Below are positions 62,758 through 64,000 of a stretch of 64,000 bases of DNA, one piece after another; position 1 is the stretch's first letter; each line of letters opens with the position of its first letter. The stretch is from positions 32,001-96,000 of the forward strand of contig JAXGNR010000009.1 of NCBI GenBank assembly GCA_040767965.1. The letters run 5' to 3'. Source of the DNA: Atribacterota bacterium. Its GTDB lineage: Bacteria > Atribacterota > Phoenicimicrobiia > Phoenicimicrobiales > Stramentimicrobiaceae. The position numbers and the translations under genes were made by a program. Under the pieces are notes generated by a model, which was not told the origin of the DNA, searched no databases, and saw only the letters and a program-made list of their open reading frames with translations.

Positions 62758-64000
62758 ATGAAAGAAAAGGTTTATTTACCTGACAAAGAAAATTTATTTA
62801 ATACAAGCGAAGATCTAAATTTACTTATTGTCTACCATAAAATGCTTGCTGATACTGAAACTCCTATTAGTGTGTTTGAAAAAGTGGGCCAGTCAGGTTT
62901 TAGTTATTTACTGGAAAGTGCAGAAGGAGGAGATAAATTAGCTCGTTATTCCTTTATTGGAATTAATCCCTTTTTAGTTTTCCAGAGTAAGGGTAAAAAT
63001 ATAACTATCCATAAGGAAAAGAAAACAGAAAATCATACAGGTAACCCTTTTGATATATTACGGCAAACGATGAATAATTTTAAAACAAAACTTCCAATAG
63101 AAGGATTGCCCCGTTTTTTTGGAGGAGGAGTTGGTTATTTTGGTTATGACATGATTAGATTTATTGAAGATATCCCTCACAGCACTAAAGATGATCTGAA
63201 CATTCCTGATTGCCTGTTGAGGTATGCTGGAATAATAATTGTTTTTGATCATTTAACTCATCAAATGTGGATTATTGCCAATACTTCTTTTGATAAAGAC
63301 ATTTTTCCAAAAGAAGAGGCATATCTTGATTCTACCAATCGGATAGATAGAATAATCTCAAAATTAAATAATCACGATTCTGAATTCCGACCTGAAAACA
63401 AATCTGCAGTTAATGGAATTAAAGGAGATCCTTCAAAATTAAAAACCAATAGTAATTTAAAAAAAGAAGAATTTATAAAAAAAGTAGAAAAAGCAAGAGA
63501 ATACATTAAGCAAGGTGATGCTTTTCAGATTGTATTATCTCAACGCTTAAACAGAAAAAATACTGAAGATCCTTTTAAGATTTACCGTTCTTTGCGAAGT
63601 TTGAATCCATCCCCTTATATGTACTATCTGAATTATGGAGACATTCAGATAGTGGGAGCTTCTCCTGAACCTTTAGTCAGGTTGACTGAAGATCTGGTAG
63701 AAAGTAAGCCTTTGGCTGGAACACGTCATAGAGGGATAAATATACAAGAAGATTTAGCTCTGGAAAAAGACTTGCTGGCAGATGAAAAAGAAAAAGCTGA
63801 GCATACCATGTTAGTTGATTTGGCCAGAAATGATCTGGGTCGCATCTGTATCCCGGGCAGCGTTCAGGTTAGTCAATATCTGAAAGTTGAAAAATTTTCT
63901 CATGTTATGCACTTAGTATCTGAGGTACAGGGAATTATTGAAAAGAAAAAAGATGCCCTAGATGCTTTAGAAGCCAGCTTTCCTGCAGGAACCGTTTCTG
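62758..64000 (+). CDS. trpE: Anthranilate synthase component I, runs off the window end
   Basis: GGAGG RBS; DTETP, LLESAEGG...RYSFIG, GG.VGYFGYD, NPSPYMY, GASPE, AEH.MLVDL.RND, SHVMHLVS and FPAGT.S. Confidence 0.93.
   Translation, partial: MKEKVYLPDKENLFNTSEDLNLLIVYHKMLADTETPISVFEKVGQSGFSYLLESAEGGDKLARYSFIGINPFLVFQSKGKNITIHKEKKTENHTGNPFDILRQTMNNFKTKLPIEGLPRFFGGGVGYFGYDMIRFIEDIPHSTKDDLNIPDCLLRYAGIIIVFDHLTHQMWIIANTSFDKDIFPKEEAYLDSTNRIDRIISKLNNHDSEFRPENKSAVNGIKGDPSKLKTNSNLKKEEFIKKVEKAREYIKQGDAFQIVLSQRLNRKNTEDPFKIYRSLRSLNPSPYMYYLNYGDIQIVGASPEPLVRLTEDLVESKPLAGTRHRGINIQEDLALEKDLLADEKEKAEHTMLVDLARNDLGRICIPGSVQVSQYLKVEKFSHVMHLVSEVQGIIEKKKDALDALEASFPAGTVS

Noticed and set aside
3133-63252. Many short antisense or alternate-frame ORFs in the ORF track (e.g. 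3133-3522, 42381-42878, 60637-60951, 63058-63252)
   Set aside because: They shadow well-supported genes and carry no recognisable motifs
1-64000. CRISPR array, tRNA, rRNA, prophage, intact transposase
   Set aside because: No regularly spaced repeats, cloverleafs, rRNA-like tracts or corresponding protein motifs seen by eye

Overview
Low-GC bacterial chromosomal window. TamB and OmpA (diderm envelope) occur together with Firmicutes-style T-box, Moco and c-di-GMP leaders and several TRAP/ABC binding proteins, which is compatible with Atribacterota (lineage is inference only). 1-10.8 kb is a catabolic cluster (TctA, D-2-hydroxyacid dehydrogenase, HpcH aldolase, TRAP DctPQM, two DSD1/D-threonine-aldolase-type PLP enzymes) full of frameshifts that look like long-read consensus errors. 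It is followed by a Panacea (DUF4065) antitoxin plus PemK/MazF-like toxin pair among REP-like palindromes, an orphan rnfD-rnfC pair, and a c-di-GMP-I riboswitch with a C92U pocket change upstream of a beta-helix/DUF1566 surface lipoprotein. The middle holds mixed housekeeping and accessory genes (radical SAMs, nitrilases, AlkD, HflX, barnase/barstar, RlmD, a second TRAP system). The most notable locus (40.4-46.4 kb, minus strand) is a Moco-riboswitch-led Mo/W uptake cluster. Its first gene fuses a CRP/FNR-type effector domain to a signal-less WtpA-like oxyanion-binding domain, and is followed by a type II ABC importer and a MOT1 transporter. A second Moco riboswitch precedes an aldo/keto reductase. 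The window ends with tamB, SIMPL, RidA, YibE/F and a Trp T-box leader (ultra-short Stem I, two antiterminator/terminator modules) before trpE. No rRNA, tRNA, CRISPR array or intact transposase was seen. All family calls come from motif recognition by eye, not from database searches.
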